Of a DNA stretch of 64,000 nt, positions 14,301 to 27,559 are shown piece after piece (positions within the stretch are counted from its first letter, which is position 1; every line of letters starts with the position of its first letter). The notes below the pieces were generated by a model. That model ran no database searches and had not been told where the DNA came from. It worked only from the letters and a program-made list of their open reading frames with translations. The DNA is taken from contig NC_092671.1 in NCBI RefSeq assembly GCF_964355755.1, positions 10,912,001 through 10,976,000 on the forward strand. The letters are read 5' to 3'. The DNA is from Antedon mediterranea (Eukaryota > Animalia > Echinodermata). Made by a program: the position numbers and the translations under genes.

Positions 14301-16286
14301 ATTGTACGTACTGGAGTAAATGGTGTAAAAGGCTGAGCTTGAACATCAAGGCCAGTCTTAGTTGGTGTTGACGGTTCAACGTGTTCATCAGGTTTAGTAG
14401 CACTTGGAGCAGAAAATATATCAGAAACTTTTTGTAGACCTGTACTCTCGGGAGACTTTACGGGAGACTTTATGGGAGACTTAACAGGAGACCCGTCAGG
14501 TTGGTCCTGTTAAGGTGAAACAACAAAACATTGTACATGAAATAAATATAATGTTTTAAGCTCTGACTACACTAGTTTGACAAAAAAAGTATAATGTGCC
14601 CAAATATGATAGTGATTTTCCCAAATATGGTAGTGACATGACATCATGTCCATATATGGGCACATCACATTTGTTTTGTCACATAAAGTTTGATAGTGTA
14701 GACAAGGCTTTAAAATAGCAATACGACAACCTCTTCAATTCAATTCAATAAACTTTATTGTCAAACTCATGAATGGCCTGAAACTTTGGCTGAAAGTACA
14801 CACATTCAGATTTTCTAAAAACATAGTCGCACAAACATTAAAAAAGTACAAAATCACATAAAACAGAGAACAAGATGTCTTGTGGGGTAAAAGAGATATG
14901 ATAATAAGGAATATTTTGAAAAAAACCATCTGAGAAGAAAAATGGAGGGAGAATTGGATTACCAACATAGTAAGAATGTTGAGTAAGCCTGGGATAAGTT
15001 TGGGAAATACAGCGATTATTTACTGTCTCTCCTTATCCATATAATCTAAGATTTCTGTCTTGGTGTTTATGTTTTCTTAAGCTATTTTTAAATGTATTGC
15101 AATTTCGGAAACTTAATAAAGAATGAAATAATTGGTGATTTATCCTCACTTTTATGAAAATAGAAAAATAATTGCTTACCTCTGCCACGCAAACAATATC
15201 CCCCTGGATTAGGAACATGGGAGATTTAAGGAAGAACCTTTGAATACCACCAAATTTTGAGATGATTTTCCTCTTAGATTCTGGTAATGACATGAACGTG
15301 CTGAGTATACGTTTATTACAAACATCCATTGGTCCATTATCTCGCAACACTTGTGAAAATAACCTTTTTAAAAAGAGATTTATTTGAATGAAATAGTGTA
15401 TATCTTTTTTGAATATCAAGTTATCTTTTTACGTTGAACTTGTATACAAGGGAGCATTTTGATTTTTGTTCGTAACACAACTCAAGTATATAAGTATGGC
15501 ATGCCATTTGTGAAAACAAATTTTTTTTTTCATATTATAGGGTAAACTATGAGGTAAGAATAATGGCTCTGTGAATATGACATCCACAGACCATTAGGAC
15601 CAAAGGATTTAGTTAATATAGATGACATGTGGATACAGTAGGCCTACAAATTTAGTAATTCTAGATGTAATGTATTTAAAAAAATAAATACTTGTAAAGT
15701 TGTTTTTTCTCTTCATGTTGTTCCTGTGACAGAAATACATCAGAGTTTTTTGAGTCTTGCATTTTGTTCTGTGAAACATTATCTCTGTTCTGCACACCAC
15801 CTGAATTAGTGTTATGTTGCGCATTACCTCTGATAGAATGCTGTTGTTCACCACTGCCTCTATTACTGTTAGTGTTCTGTGGCGACATATTACAGCTCCC
15901 CATTGGCCGGTTTAATGACGGCCATCTTGAATTCTGCTGGTGATTGGGTACTTGAAAGAGTGTAGTTTGTTGGTACAATGTCTGTTGATATGTTGGATTC
16001 GGAAGAAGTGGGGGTCGATTTTGAGATAGTTGGTTTGCTGCGTATTGATTTTTGTTGTAATCATACATGGGTACATTATTTGATGTGTAGGGTTGACCAT
16101 TTGGAGGTGGAGTGTAGGATCCCAGTAGCCTAGAAACAATACATAAGATTGAATTATTGCCATGTTTATATTACATACTTATATACAGTAATGAACTAAA
16201 ACAATTAGGGCAAAAGAAAATGTATGTAGTTAATACAAATGAAATCAGTCAGTTGTGTCTTATTCTTACCCAGCAGGTTGAAACAT
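5382..16286 (-). CDS. TTC3/DZIP3/RNF214-family RING-H2 E3 ubiquitin ligase (TTC3-like, no TPR region seen), about 1150 aa
   Basis: Coding exons (minus): 16286-16270, 16129-15692, 15363-15180, 14506-14312, 13769-13685, 13058-12796, 11079-10990, 10130-10012, 9362-9233, 8705-8620, 7861-7684, 7410-7361, 7182-7137, 6953-5382; total 3453 nt, all GT-AG and phase-compatible. Contains a TTC3-like segment LFSQVLRDNGPMDV...GGIQRFFL, coiled coil, helical domain (GTLSGVPLTEIV) and C-terminal RING-H2 CAVC..CGHLFH..C..W..CPLC followed by LLPDDFPAL. Putative 5' UTR exon ends at the donor at 16635. Confidence 0.85.
7456..7595 (+). mobile_element. 3' end fragment of an RTE-clade LINE in an intron
   Basis: Translates RRWRDDITTYMETATWERSARNRTKWKQLEEAFTQQWVK*, resembling an RTE C-terminus, followed by a (GATGA)n tail. 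Confidence 0.7.
8877..9160 (-). mobile_element. tRNA-derived SINE-like interspersed repeat (second copy at 40786-40955)
   Basis: Shared blocks atagttcattc.tatatagcacatataagcaagctctcaat and tatacacctgggtgga...cttgcctaag; the reverse strand has a B-box-like GGTTTGAATCC. Confidence 0.55.
10388..11016. repeat. 48-bp minisatellite, about 13 copies, made of the end of a coding exon plus its 5' splice site
   Basis: Unit aatgaataggatactcacttctgttgtatgctccatattagt(c/t)aatac; the minus strand reads ...CATACAACAGAA|GTGAGT in every unit. Confidence 0.95.
11363..12372. repeat. 46-bp intronic minisatellite, about 22 near-identical copies
   Basis: Unit gacccttgtcacaaagaagaggtggacaaactaaagtaagcgcatt repeated head-to-tail with no unique spacers. 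Confidence 0.95.
12381..12761. mobile_element. MITE with terminal inverted repeats
   Basis: Left agtgagctttcgcataaggacg..., right ...cgtcctcatgcgaaagctccct (imperfect reverse complement). Confidence 0.65.
13886..14290 (-). repeat. Local tandem duplication (about 200 bp) with a tRNA-derived fragment in each copy
   Basis: tacagttagcatta...ttgaggctaa...gaaggcaagcatggtaaccac.aagcta occurs twice; reverse strand TAGCTTGGTGG...CCTTCCA...GGGTTCAAACC has A/B-box-like motifs but no complete cloverleaf. Confidence 0.6.
14558..14710. mobile_element. MITE family B (TIR about AGCTCTGTCTACACTA); related copies at about 23877-24003, 34469-34632, 37537-37661 and 40320-40440
   Basis: Recurring core gtgcccaaatatggtagtgat...gtcacataaagtttgatagtgtagacagagcttt with inverted termini and TAA/TTA flanks (PIF/Harbinger-like). 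Confidence 0.75.
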
Positions 16287-16699
16287 TCTGTCCTTGTCAG
16301 GTGTGAGAGGAGGTAGCTTAGTTTAGTTAGCTAAACAAATCAAAGAAATACACCACAATCACATTCTTCAACCTGCAGTGTATGTAAAATAAAACATTAT
16401 ATTAGGCCTAGTATTATTAATTAGGCTTATTGGAATATTGATTTGTTATCCTATTCTATTATATTATTAAATTAGGTAGGCCTAGGTAGGTGACTGTAGG
16501 GCATATTATTAGCTTCTTTTATTGATGGTTTTAAATGATACCATTTTTTTTATTTTATGGAAACTAAACAACAGCATTCAGGCATAATCGTTAAATAAAC
16601 TAATCAGTGAAGACCATGACCACGTTGTGAATACCTGTGGTCAGCGTGATGGCTTTCCGGTGTGGTGGCATGCGACCGACAAGAGGATCGGCGGAGAGT

Positions 16700-17590
16700 A
16701 GGAGGAAGAAGGACAGAGAGGTACAGTGTACAGACTATAGGCCTACTACAAAAGCTACTGTACTAGTACAGAACTCGCATCCGCTTTAACTAATTCCCCC
16801 AATAAACAACCACACACAATTTCGTTGAAGTAATGAAAATACTAGAATACAGACCTCTCATTTCATAAACGTAACAAACACGACGCGAGGGGACGACAAA
16901 AACATAGGCTGAAAACAAAAAATGTTTAATCTCTCCCACCTGGTGTTCAGAATTACTCAAGTGTGAAAAAATTATGCGAAAACATGCGCAGAAAGAAACT
17001 TTTTTAAAGTTTGTAAAAGTTTTCAGAAGTTAGACTAAATCATGGAGGTCTAATAATAACTATCAATTATCTTGCAAAATTAAATTATATAATATACATA
17101 TCATGTTGTTATTATTTCGTCTTAAAATGTAACAAGTATTAGATAATAATAGTAATATAGTTTCATTATTCCATTTGTAGTTTGAATAGGCCCTCATATG
17201 TACATCATCTATACAACAAAAGCACAATTGGCCTTACAAATCAAATCATTGTGCGTGGTATAAAAAATAAAACAATAATTTTCAATAACTTTTTAGTGGT
17301 TTAAGTTCTTTCTAGGGACGTGACTATAACATGGCGATTTGAATATAGTATATGGACATATTATTTTTCCTAATGATGTAAGCTCACAGGAGGACACAGA
17401 TAAGAATTAGAGAATAAAACGTAACTTTATACGAATAATTGATATTAGTAAGTCAAGAAATTAGAAGGGAGAAAGAATAAAAACTCTACCTCGATAATAC
17501 ATTGTTTTAAGGCACTTCCCCTGAAAATTAAATGGAGCAGTCCATTACGGCACTAAAAAATACTTATAGTTTGGATATGCTACACTCACC
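16700..17590. promoter_or_regulatory. Putative bidirectional promoter between the RING ligase gene (-) and GDA (+)
   Basis: Head-to-head arrangement with under 1 kb between the putative first exon of the RING gene and the GDA ATG; inferred from position only. Confidence 0.4.
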
Positions 17591-20500
17591 ATGACATCTG
17601 AATCAAACATGGATATCATATTTTTCGGGACGTTTATGCACTCTACAAAAGAACATTCATTGCAGATTTTGGAAAATCATTACATAGGCATTAACGATGG
17701 ACAGGTCAGTGATCTTAGCTAACATATTTCATCTTGTTTGAAAGTGAAAAATGGAAAAGTACAAAAACTGTGATTGTTAATGAAAATATTGTATTATCAT
17801 TATAAATACAAATGTTAATATTGTTAGTAGCAGGATTAAATTTAACAATGGTACTTATAGTAGGACATCTGTAGAATTATGTCAAACAGAAGTGTCGCTC
17901 ATTTTCTTTCTTTAGGCCTATCACACCGTTTCAAAACGTTTATCATTTTTAGTTATTTGTAATTAATCTGTGGTGGCGTTAGAAACAGTTTATACATATA
18001 CTATTTTACAACATTGAACAAAAGTTATCTGTCCCGTTGAGATACATAGATCTTTCAAGGTAAAGTGGGCAACATATGTTGTACACTTTTATATTGATTC
18101 AGCGAAGCCTGACCTTTGCAGATCTAAAGAGCGATTAAGGTATTGTCGTATGAAAGGCTACGCCTACTTCATGCGTTTTCGTGCTGAGATAATAGCAATT
18201 AAACTTAGAGTTTTAACACACAGATTATTTCTCATAATATTGTATACACCGCATTGTAATTCTTCACCTTGAATCATATAACTATTAAGTTATTTAAGCT
18301 ATTTAATTATTACTAATATTAATTTGCTGGGCTTTAGAGATTATCTAAACCACCCAGTGACTGGAAATTAATCAATTGAAAAATTCTGGAAATCTATGAG
18401 AATAGATAAAGCCACCCAAACGTATTACCGAGATTCCAACCCGGAATCTCCTCGCAGTGAATAATGTCAGTATAGGCCTATCGGAAAGACTTTTGTGTTA
18501 TTACAATCCTAGTTCACGCTTCACGTCTTACGAGGCACTTTTCAAATGTATTTGATTCAGAATAGCCAGCTACCCCAAAACGTATAACTGAGATTCCAAC
18601 CCGCAATCTTCTGGTAAATAATGTCAGTGGCATATCGGAAAGACTTTTGTGTTATTACAATCTTTCAAGCTCGTCTTACGAGGCACTTTTCAAATATTGT
18701 ATTCATAATAACCAGCTACAGTTAATCCAATGAATATTTGGCACCCAGTGATTATGAAGGCATAACACTTACTGTGATTTACACATATTGTTTTATTGAG
18801 TTTTACCCTCACGCATAGAGTTATAAAACTGCATATAATAAAAACAATCAGGGTATACGAACTCACAGTATATCAATATAACTAACAAACCGATAAACTA
18901 TTACGTTACAGAACTTATTTTATGAACAAACAATGATTTGTAATCTTTGTCTCATCATCCTTATAAATTTCATTTTTTTAGATACAATTTTTGACCGACA
19001 AAGAAGATTTTGAAAGATTGGCCGCCAAGTTTAGTTACAACTTGCAATCAGTTAGACATCTTAAACCAGGGCAAGTCATTATGCTTCTATATAATCATCA
19101 ACAAAAACCCATATACAGATATCTGTGATTTACTTTAGTTATGCCTATTGATTGAATATTGAATGAGAATTATAGTATGAGAAACGGATTAAGGCCAACT
19201 TACAAAGACGGGCGGTAACGGTAAGGTCCGACATTTCATGAAACCTGTAATTAATTACTTTTGTATGCTACATTTAGGCAATTTTTAATACCGGGGTTGG
19301 TTGATACACATATACATGCTTCGCAGTACCCGAATGCTGGTAGCAAGATGGACCTACCTTTGCTGGATTGGCTAGAAAAATACACTTTCCCACTCGAAGC
19401 AAAGTTTTCGGATCTTGAATTTGCAGAGAAATGTTATCGCAAAGTTGTGGTAAGTATCACGTATGTTGGCTCTTTAGATGATTATAATGGAATTAAATTT
19501 AGGCGCCCTATAAATGGTCGTCTCAGGCGAATAAATGTCGTCACAAATAAGCAGAGTTCGCTGTAGATGTTTAGCTGAAATGTACACTGTGTTCAGAGCT
19601 CACAGTCTCTGCTGGACAGGGCATGACAAGGCAAGTGAGACTGTCTTCTAAAATCATTATATAATATGGAGAGCTGGCAAGTGGTAATCGCCCACGCGAA
19701 TGATCAAAATTACGCGACAAAGATGTTTTGAAAAGAGAACTTCTTTCCATCCAGATTCCAATCATTCCTGCTTGGAAAACCTCAAAACTGAGGAATTGCA
19801 CAATGAGAAACATTCAAACATGACGTGCACAAACTTGCAATATAAGAAGAGAAAAAAACATACGAACACTCTATAACAGCTACTGATCATAGTGTCACAG
19901 ATGTCCACGATGCTATGATGATGATTTGATTATATTTATCATTCTGCCGCTGTATTTGAATCATATATGCTGTATTTTTAATTACAATTTGATTCCACCG
20001 CCGCCGCAGCAACATTTACAAATGTATATTCCTTTCTCTACAGGCACGAACTCTAAAAAATGGAACAACCACTGCCTGCTATTTTGCCACAATACACCCA
20101 GAAAGTTCATTGAAACTTGGAGAAATTTGTGGTAAGTACATAGGCCCATGTCAATAAGGAGTTTTCGATTTGCGACGACAGACGACCAAACACTGTGATT
20201 CCTCGCTAACCACCTCGTCTGACTTCACAGGTCCAGGTGACGACGATTTACGGCGTCGGTCAGCGTTAATCGAAAGCTTCCTTATGCGTTCAATATCTCT
20301 ATAGGTATAATACGAAAAATATAATTTTTATATATGGTTTTTTTTTTTATAACAGATGAATATGGGCAGCGGGCCTACATTGGCAAGGTTAGCATGGACA
20401 TTTCAAGCCATAGTAATTACACAGAAACTACTGAAAAGTCAATACGAGATACAAGATGGTAAATTAAAAATAAAACTATGATTCTGAAACACAATATTTC

Positions 20501-23500
20501 CATTAATTATTATGTCTTGTTAAATACCAGGATAGAATGGTAAAAGATAGGTAATCATCCGAGACCACGTAACGGTAAAGTGGTCTCAACTGGAGGGATC
20601 TTTAATTGGGGAGAGAGAAAGAGAGAGAGAGAGTGGCCTTAGTATATAAATTGGACAGGCATAAATACATAGATAATTGTACAGATAGATGAAGAAGATT
20701 ATCTCATGTTTTAATTAATTATAGGTTTATCGAGTCTATCAAAAAACTGAATAACCCTCTGGTTACACCTTGTATTACTCCTCGATTTGCTGTCAACTGT
20801 TCGCCATCGCTATTACGTGCACTCGGCAATATTGCTAAAGAATATGGAGGATTACCAATTCAGGTATAATTACTATTGTTATTCACTAGACGTTGGAACA
20901 CAATAGACGAGGAATTCGTATACTTTTTATTAGTAATAATGGGTAGAAAAGCAATCAAAGGTCATGCTGCATACTTTGACCACTCCACGGATCTTTCTTT
21001 CCTAAGAGCACTGCCTACAGGCCATTGGCCCGGATAGGCCTACATCAATATAAATATTAACAATAAAATAAACTTATGTGTGCGTTAAATAACTTAGCAA
21101 GGTCAAAATATATATTTTATTTTTTACTTGACTTTAATAAAATAAATTTAGTTCCGTTTATGTCTTAATATTTGACCGCAATATAATTGAAATATTTAGG
21201 TTGAATTTTACCATTAAGGGTATAGTTATACGTCGTGTATAATAATATAATTATTAATAATATGAATACTATACTTAACGGGTTTTGGTTGATTTCTGTG
21301 GTCTTAAGATTGTGGTTTCCTGTGATGTACTCCGGTACGTCATTTAAGTTGACCAGTAATGCCGGATGTTCTTCACACTGTATTATTTCTTATGATTTAG
21401 TACATATTAACAAACAAGTATATAGATAATAGTTTATGTTACATTATTATGTTTTTATTTCTAGACACATATCAACGAAACTGTTCGTGAACGAGAGAGT
21501 GTTCTCAAATTGTTTCCAAAACACGATAGCTATGCACATATATACGAATCATTTGGGTTATTAACTAATAAGGTACGGTAACACTGACGTCATCAAATAA
21601 TATTAATAATTATGATCAATCTTAATTTATAATAATTTCACAAATTTCTGTAAACGTGTTATTTTATGACCTTGCATACAATATTTTTGGCAAAACGAAA
21701 CAGACTGTTTGCAGGACATATCGACACGTGAATGAAATCAGTTGGCCTATGTGCCCGTTCGCAGCATTTTTATTACTCGACGTCTAAGGCAGAAATCATG
21801 AATATAATGCATGAGATTAATTATTGTCTATTCGAAGATATCGAGGGGGTTCGTACTCAATGCTTCAGGTCCACAATTTGCAGTCTATACAATTGCGCCA
21901 ACAAACTGGCTGTCCATGCTTATATCATCATTATTCACGATTTCTGCTCGAGACGTCGAGTATAATAGAAATTTCGCAGTCCGTTCGCGGCCGTTCAAAA
22001 ACGAGTAGAAAACTACTGAACGTAATGGGTAAAGTACCATGTCTTTCATAGACATATCTTCGCTTTATATTAAGAAATAAATAAATATCTTTCTATTAGA
22101 CTGTGATGGCACACTGTGTATACATGAACGATTGTGAGTTCGATACATTCAAAGAGACTGAAGCAGGAATCTCGCATTGTCCTACATCAAACACTATGTA
22201 AGAAAGTGAAAGAAAGATAAAATATAAGAGTATTTGCCATCACCACAAAAAAGCTAGAGTAGGATTACATATTATTGCTCATAAATAGCGCTGTAAAATA
22301 GAATAATCTGAACAAATGCGTTTTTAAACGTGACTTAAAACAGTCTATAGATGACTAGGCCCAGCAGTAATGAATGTCCGACCACCCCAGTTATGTTTTC
22401 TCCTTGAAGTGTGCAAGAGCATTTGTTTGCTCGATCTCAGTTCTCTATTACTCACTTCGACGGATAATAAGATTATGTTTCAATTTTGAGTTTTGTAAAA
22501 AGGAGAAAAAATAAATTCAAAAGAGGATAATTGCTACAACTTGTGTTTACATTTCTGTCATTTTCATAATGTATAGGTTACAGAGTGGAATAATGGATCT
22601 TCGAAAAAGCTTGGACAAAGGTGTCAAAATAGGACTGGGTACAGGTAAATATATGGTTTTATCGTGACTGTTATCTGTTATCGAACTCCACAACCTCCTC
22701 CCCAAACACACACCTTCCGTTCCGAAATTGTTCATGTACGTAAAACCTTCATGTACGTAAGACTACTTTTGTTACCTCGTTTATTTATTGTATTAAACAG
22801 ATATTTCAGGCGGATACAGCGCGTCTGTACAAGCAGCAATCCGTGACGGAGTAGGAGCTTCTAAAACTCTTGGAATGGACAAATCAAAATCTTATAAGCC
22901 TGTAGATTTCAAAGAACTGTTTCGACTTGCAACATTGGGAGGAAGTAAAGGTAGCTAAAATCAGAGCAATTAGAACAAGTAACTTCAGACAAAAATCAAT
23001 ACGCCGACTGGTGGACGAAAAAGACAATACATATACAGACTTGGGTCATTATTATATGGTCACATAATGTAAATTAGAAAGTTGTACTTATCTTGGATCC
23101 ACAATATTCACACAAACTCTTACATTATTTTGATAATACAGTTTTAGGTTTAGACGACAAAATAGGAAACTTTAAAGTTGGAAAAGAATTTGATGCTCTT
23201 TTAATTGACCTGACCGTCACCGACAGTCCCTGTGATATTTTTGGGGACGAGATATCAGAGGTGAGTATGGTAGCTTATCATATCTACAACCATTTATTAA
23301 TACTTTATATTTGTAAAGTCTTCAATACCACCATGTGAATAAAACGTTTCATCAAAATACATGGAGACCATCTCTTTTTGCAAAATATGATTCTTTGTGG
23401 TCTAAAGGTGTTTCTTTTACTATAGAATATTAATAAATTACAAAATATTTTAGACCTAATATGAATTCTATTTTCTTATTTTCAGGACCTACTTCAGAAA

Positions 23501-23859
23501 TTTATTTTTCTAGGTAAGTAAACAAAATGTGTATTTTTTGTGAACGTCTTACTTTTTTTACTTCCCACTACAAAAACTAGAGAAGCCTAATCATGTGCAC
23601 AACTTTGCGTTGATTACGGGTGCGTCTCCATACGTTTGTTCCAAAAAATGATAATGTGAAGCTCTTAAGCATTGTGCATCAAGCGCTATAATAAGATCGA
23701 ATATTAATCTCGTCCAGTACAATCGCTATTGCGACGAAGTATGCCATAAACGTTACATTTATTGTGTGTTTGGTTCTATTAACAGGAGACGACCGAAACA
23801 TTGTGGAGGTATACGTAAAGGGCCAGCAACGTCTTCAGAATAACAACTTTCTTTGTTAA
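17591..23859 (+). CDS. GDA: Guanine deaminase, about 449 aa, 13 coding exons
   Basis: Exons 17591-17704, 18982-19070, 19278-19449, 20044-20131, 20356-20458, 20725-20863, 21465-21572, 22100-22197, 22577-22644, 22801-22950, 23142-23260, 23486-23513, 23786-23859 (1350 nt). Motifs PGLVDTHIHASQY, LLDWLEKYTFPLE, GTTTACYFATIH, TPRFA, THINE, MAHC, HCPTSN, GLGTDISGGYS, ATLGG, GNFKVGKEFDA, GDDRNIVEVYV. Confidence 0.95.
18415..18720. repeat. Intronic tandem duplication of about 160 bp
   Basis: cccaaacgtat...gagattccaaccc...tatcggaaagacttttgtgttatt...cgtcttacgaggcacttttcaaat is present twice. Confidence 0.8.
20154..20284. mobile_element. Small MITE-like element in a GDA intron
   Basis: taaggagttttcgatt ... 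aatcgaaagcttcctta imperfect inverted termini. Confidence 0.45.
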
Positions 23860-26800
23860 ATCATGAAACAAGTAAATCTCTATCAAACTAGTGCGATGTC
23901 CCTATATATAGCGGTGATATGTCCAAATAATATGGTAGTGACATAACCACCATGTCCATATATGGGCACATGACATAAAGTTTGATAGTGTAGACAGAGC
24001 TTTATGAATAGATAGACTCGCTATTTCAGCTTTTGTCATAGCATATTATATACAGTATCTTTATCTGATAGTTGTATTTGTATAAAATTACATTTTAAAA
24101 TGTATAAAATGAAAATATAGAAATATAATATTCAAATCAATAAAAATATGTACCAAAAAGAATGTAGTACAATTTAGTATAATAGATTATATTATCTGAT
24201 GGAATGTATTCTTCATATCAACGATGTATTTTTATTTGTACACTGTATAAAATGAATATAAATATATTATTTAACTAAATAAAAAAGTATTATTTGTTTT
24301 TACTTTATGTACTCAAAGTAAATATTCAAAAAAAATATATCCCTTTATCCTTTTAATTAGCGACCTGATTGAATTTAACTAGTCTATTTGTAGTAGAGTA
24401 GAGAGGCCAAATACACAAAAGTCCTCTATAAAAAGTTTGGGGGGCATTTTTTGTTAATAGCAGGCAACCATGTTGAATGTATCCTTTGTGGGGTGACAAA
24501 AACGATAGGGGTGGATGTCATCTTCAGTTTTGGGTTTTAAGGTCAGTTTATGTGGTCAAGAGGTCAAACAAGGTCAAAATATAGGATTTTTTTTTATTCA
24601 CGGAAAATCATCTACATCTTCAGATCTATCCAAAAAGGTATATCTGAAGATCAACTGATGCTTCATATTATAGTAATTATGAGATAAGCCTTTAATTTTA
24701 CACATAAAAACATAGGAAATTAAATATAAAAGTGTCATTTTCTCAAAATGTTGTTTTCACATATTTCTGTAAAGTACACACAGTTTTTTAATAGGCTTTT
24801 CCCAGTCATTGTAAATTTGTCTTTTTCATGTTGTCCACCAGTCATCGTTTTGATTTTTGTCGGAAAAAATAGGTCAAGTGTTATATGTATGAAACGCCAT
24901 ATGTGCCAAAAGATTGGTCTTTTACTATAATATTAATATTACCTATAATAATTAATGTAATACAGTAATATTTAGAAATTAGTTTTTAGAAAAATTTTTA
25001 ATATTACCTATAATAATGTAATAATACTTAGAATTTGTTTTTAGAAAAATTTCTAAAACAGAGACCCCCCTATATGACCTAATGTCAAGATGTTTTTGTT
25101 TGGGTCAGAGACCCCCTATAATGTAATTATTTAAACATTTTTTTCATTATTTCAATGATACAAGTTTTTATTGAAGTTTGTTGTTTCAAGAAATCTCGAA
25201 AGAGAAACCTGGGTATCGAGTCTTTGCTTTCAAAAACCCTAACTATTGGACTTTATCAAGGTTGGAAGGAGTGGTAATTGGGGACTTCTTCTTGAGGCCT
25301 TCGCATCTATGCTATCATGGCTGACGGTGATAACAAATATAAAACTCCTTAAGTAATTAAGAAGTCCTTTATACACATGGATAAAGACGGTTTTAACGTT
25401 ATTTACAAACATTACGTTACGTACTGTGTCCAGGTATGAAATCCATTTCTCCAAAAAGACATAAACGCACTTGAAGAGGACAACGTCATGCGACAAATCA
25501 AATTCCAGCTATCCATTCTTATTCATATGAAGATCGTTTAAAGTTTCTTGGCCTAACAACCCTGTATGACAGACGAATTCATGGTGACTTGATTGAAAAA
25601 AAAAGGAAGACTTCCTTCAAATGAGATGCAATCTAAGCAGAAATACACGAGGACAGCTTAGACTTTTTAAACCTAAATTTCACAAAGGACTGATAGGAGA
25701 TCCACTTTTTCACAATTAGTAATTATATATTTTAATAGTTTGCCAACCAAAGTCGTCATTTCTGAAACCACCAACACATTTAAAAACCGATTGGATTCGT
25801 TGTAGAAATGAGGTTAAAAAGGTAAACAAATTTACCTATCTAAACTATCAGAACCAATATTCTAAACACTGAGTGGATGATTGATCAATTCAAAATAGAA
25901 TCATTGGTATAACATGAAACGCTGTTAAATTCATTGATAGGTTCTGCATGACATGGTCAGACTGATCACGAATCACACATAATACACAATATTCTTTCGA
26001 ACTGACAGATGATAAGGAAGATCTTATATTTAAAGTAACAACTTATTGGAAGAAAAAAAACAGTAGAACTTAGAACTTCATGAGCCACTGAGAAAGCATC
26101 GCTCTAAACCTTTGCGGATTTCTATAAGGCAACTGTTTCGATAAAGTATATAAAAACTGACAGAAAATCTGCTGATCAACCATTGGAGTATGATCATAGC
26201 CCAATTTTAATATCTTTAACCAAATATGACTTCACATATCTTGATGGATGGCGTTGAAATACCGACAGATGTTCCAGAAGAAAACTTAAAGTAAAAACAT
26301 GATGGTCATGCACTATAGGATGCAGTAAACATGGCTGTAAACATTTGGTGACTATGCAAGTATTTATTCAAGTTACCTAGATATTTCGTCATTTTGTTGT
26401 ATTTGATCATTACATTGGAAAGGGGTGGATAAAAGCAGTGACACGATTGAAAGGATAGTCCCAATGTACTAATCTGTACTTCCGTATGTGTTTTGGGCCA
26501 CACTCATCGGTTTGGAGGAGAACAAATATCACAAAGTTTTTAGACATTCTTTATGTCAATAACAAAGAGCTTGCAATTATAAGTTGATGTTAATTAATGA
26601 TATGCACTTTGTAACAGTAGCCTTCAAAAGTATGGACGATGTCTGGTATAGTGAACAATAAAGTGGTTGAAAGCCTATTAAGAATAATCTAACCAGCTTC
26701 CATGCTATTACAGGTTGCAGCACGTCATTATTTGCTGGTTATGGGAAGAGGTCATACTAGAAATCATTTGTAACGCATCCACTCCTTGTAAATGGAATTG

Positions 26801-27559
26801 ATTAAGATTAAGACTTTCCACGTACAGTGTACACTAAAGTTTAATATTGCCAAATATATGGTACTCTTGAGCAGAACTGTATAATAACAGACTACTCTTT
26901 GGTGTTACCTCCATCTAGACTCAGTGACCATATACCATTAACACTAGTGATATATATTTCCCTTAAATATTAAGTATTTCACTTCACTCAATAAATATTT
27001 AAGTACCTGTATTTCTACTTCGGGAAACACTTAAAATTAAAAAAAACTCGCCTATGGTGAATACAGACATCATAGAACCTAAACACACGAGCCAACTATC
27101 AGGCCTATGTGGCCTAAATGAATCGGGTCGTTTGGAAGCCCCTAACCCAGTAGTCAGTTTGGAACTTGTTACATGTGTATGTAAACTAAAGAGCCAGATG
27201 AAGTTGTTACAGAAAGCATGCATATGTGGTTGTGATTCAATCGTTTGCCGTTACCCAGATGGCCAGTAGGCATTATATATCAGTGCTTGAAGAAATACCC
27301 ACCTCAGAGCGTTACCTCCTTCCATCCCAGAAAATTTTCGAATATTGGCATGTGCCCATGCCGCCCATTACTCCCAACCCACAAACCCTCTGTGACCGTT
27401 TTTAAATGAAATTTAAGACATTCCAGTAGGCCTCCAACAGCTTAAACCTCTATTTTACCATATTTGACCTTATAACCTTGAAAATGACCTTTGACCTGAA
27501 ATTTGAGAGCGGCATCCATCCCTATCTTTTTTGTCATCCCATAAGGGATATATTCCACA

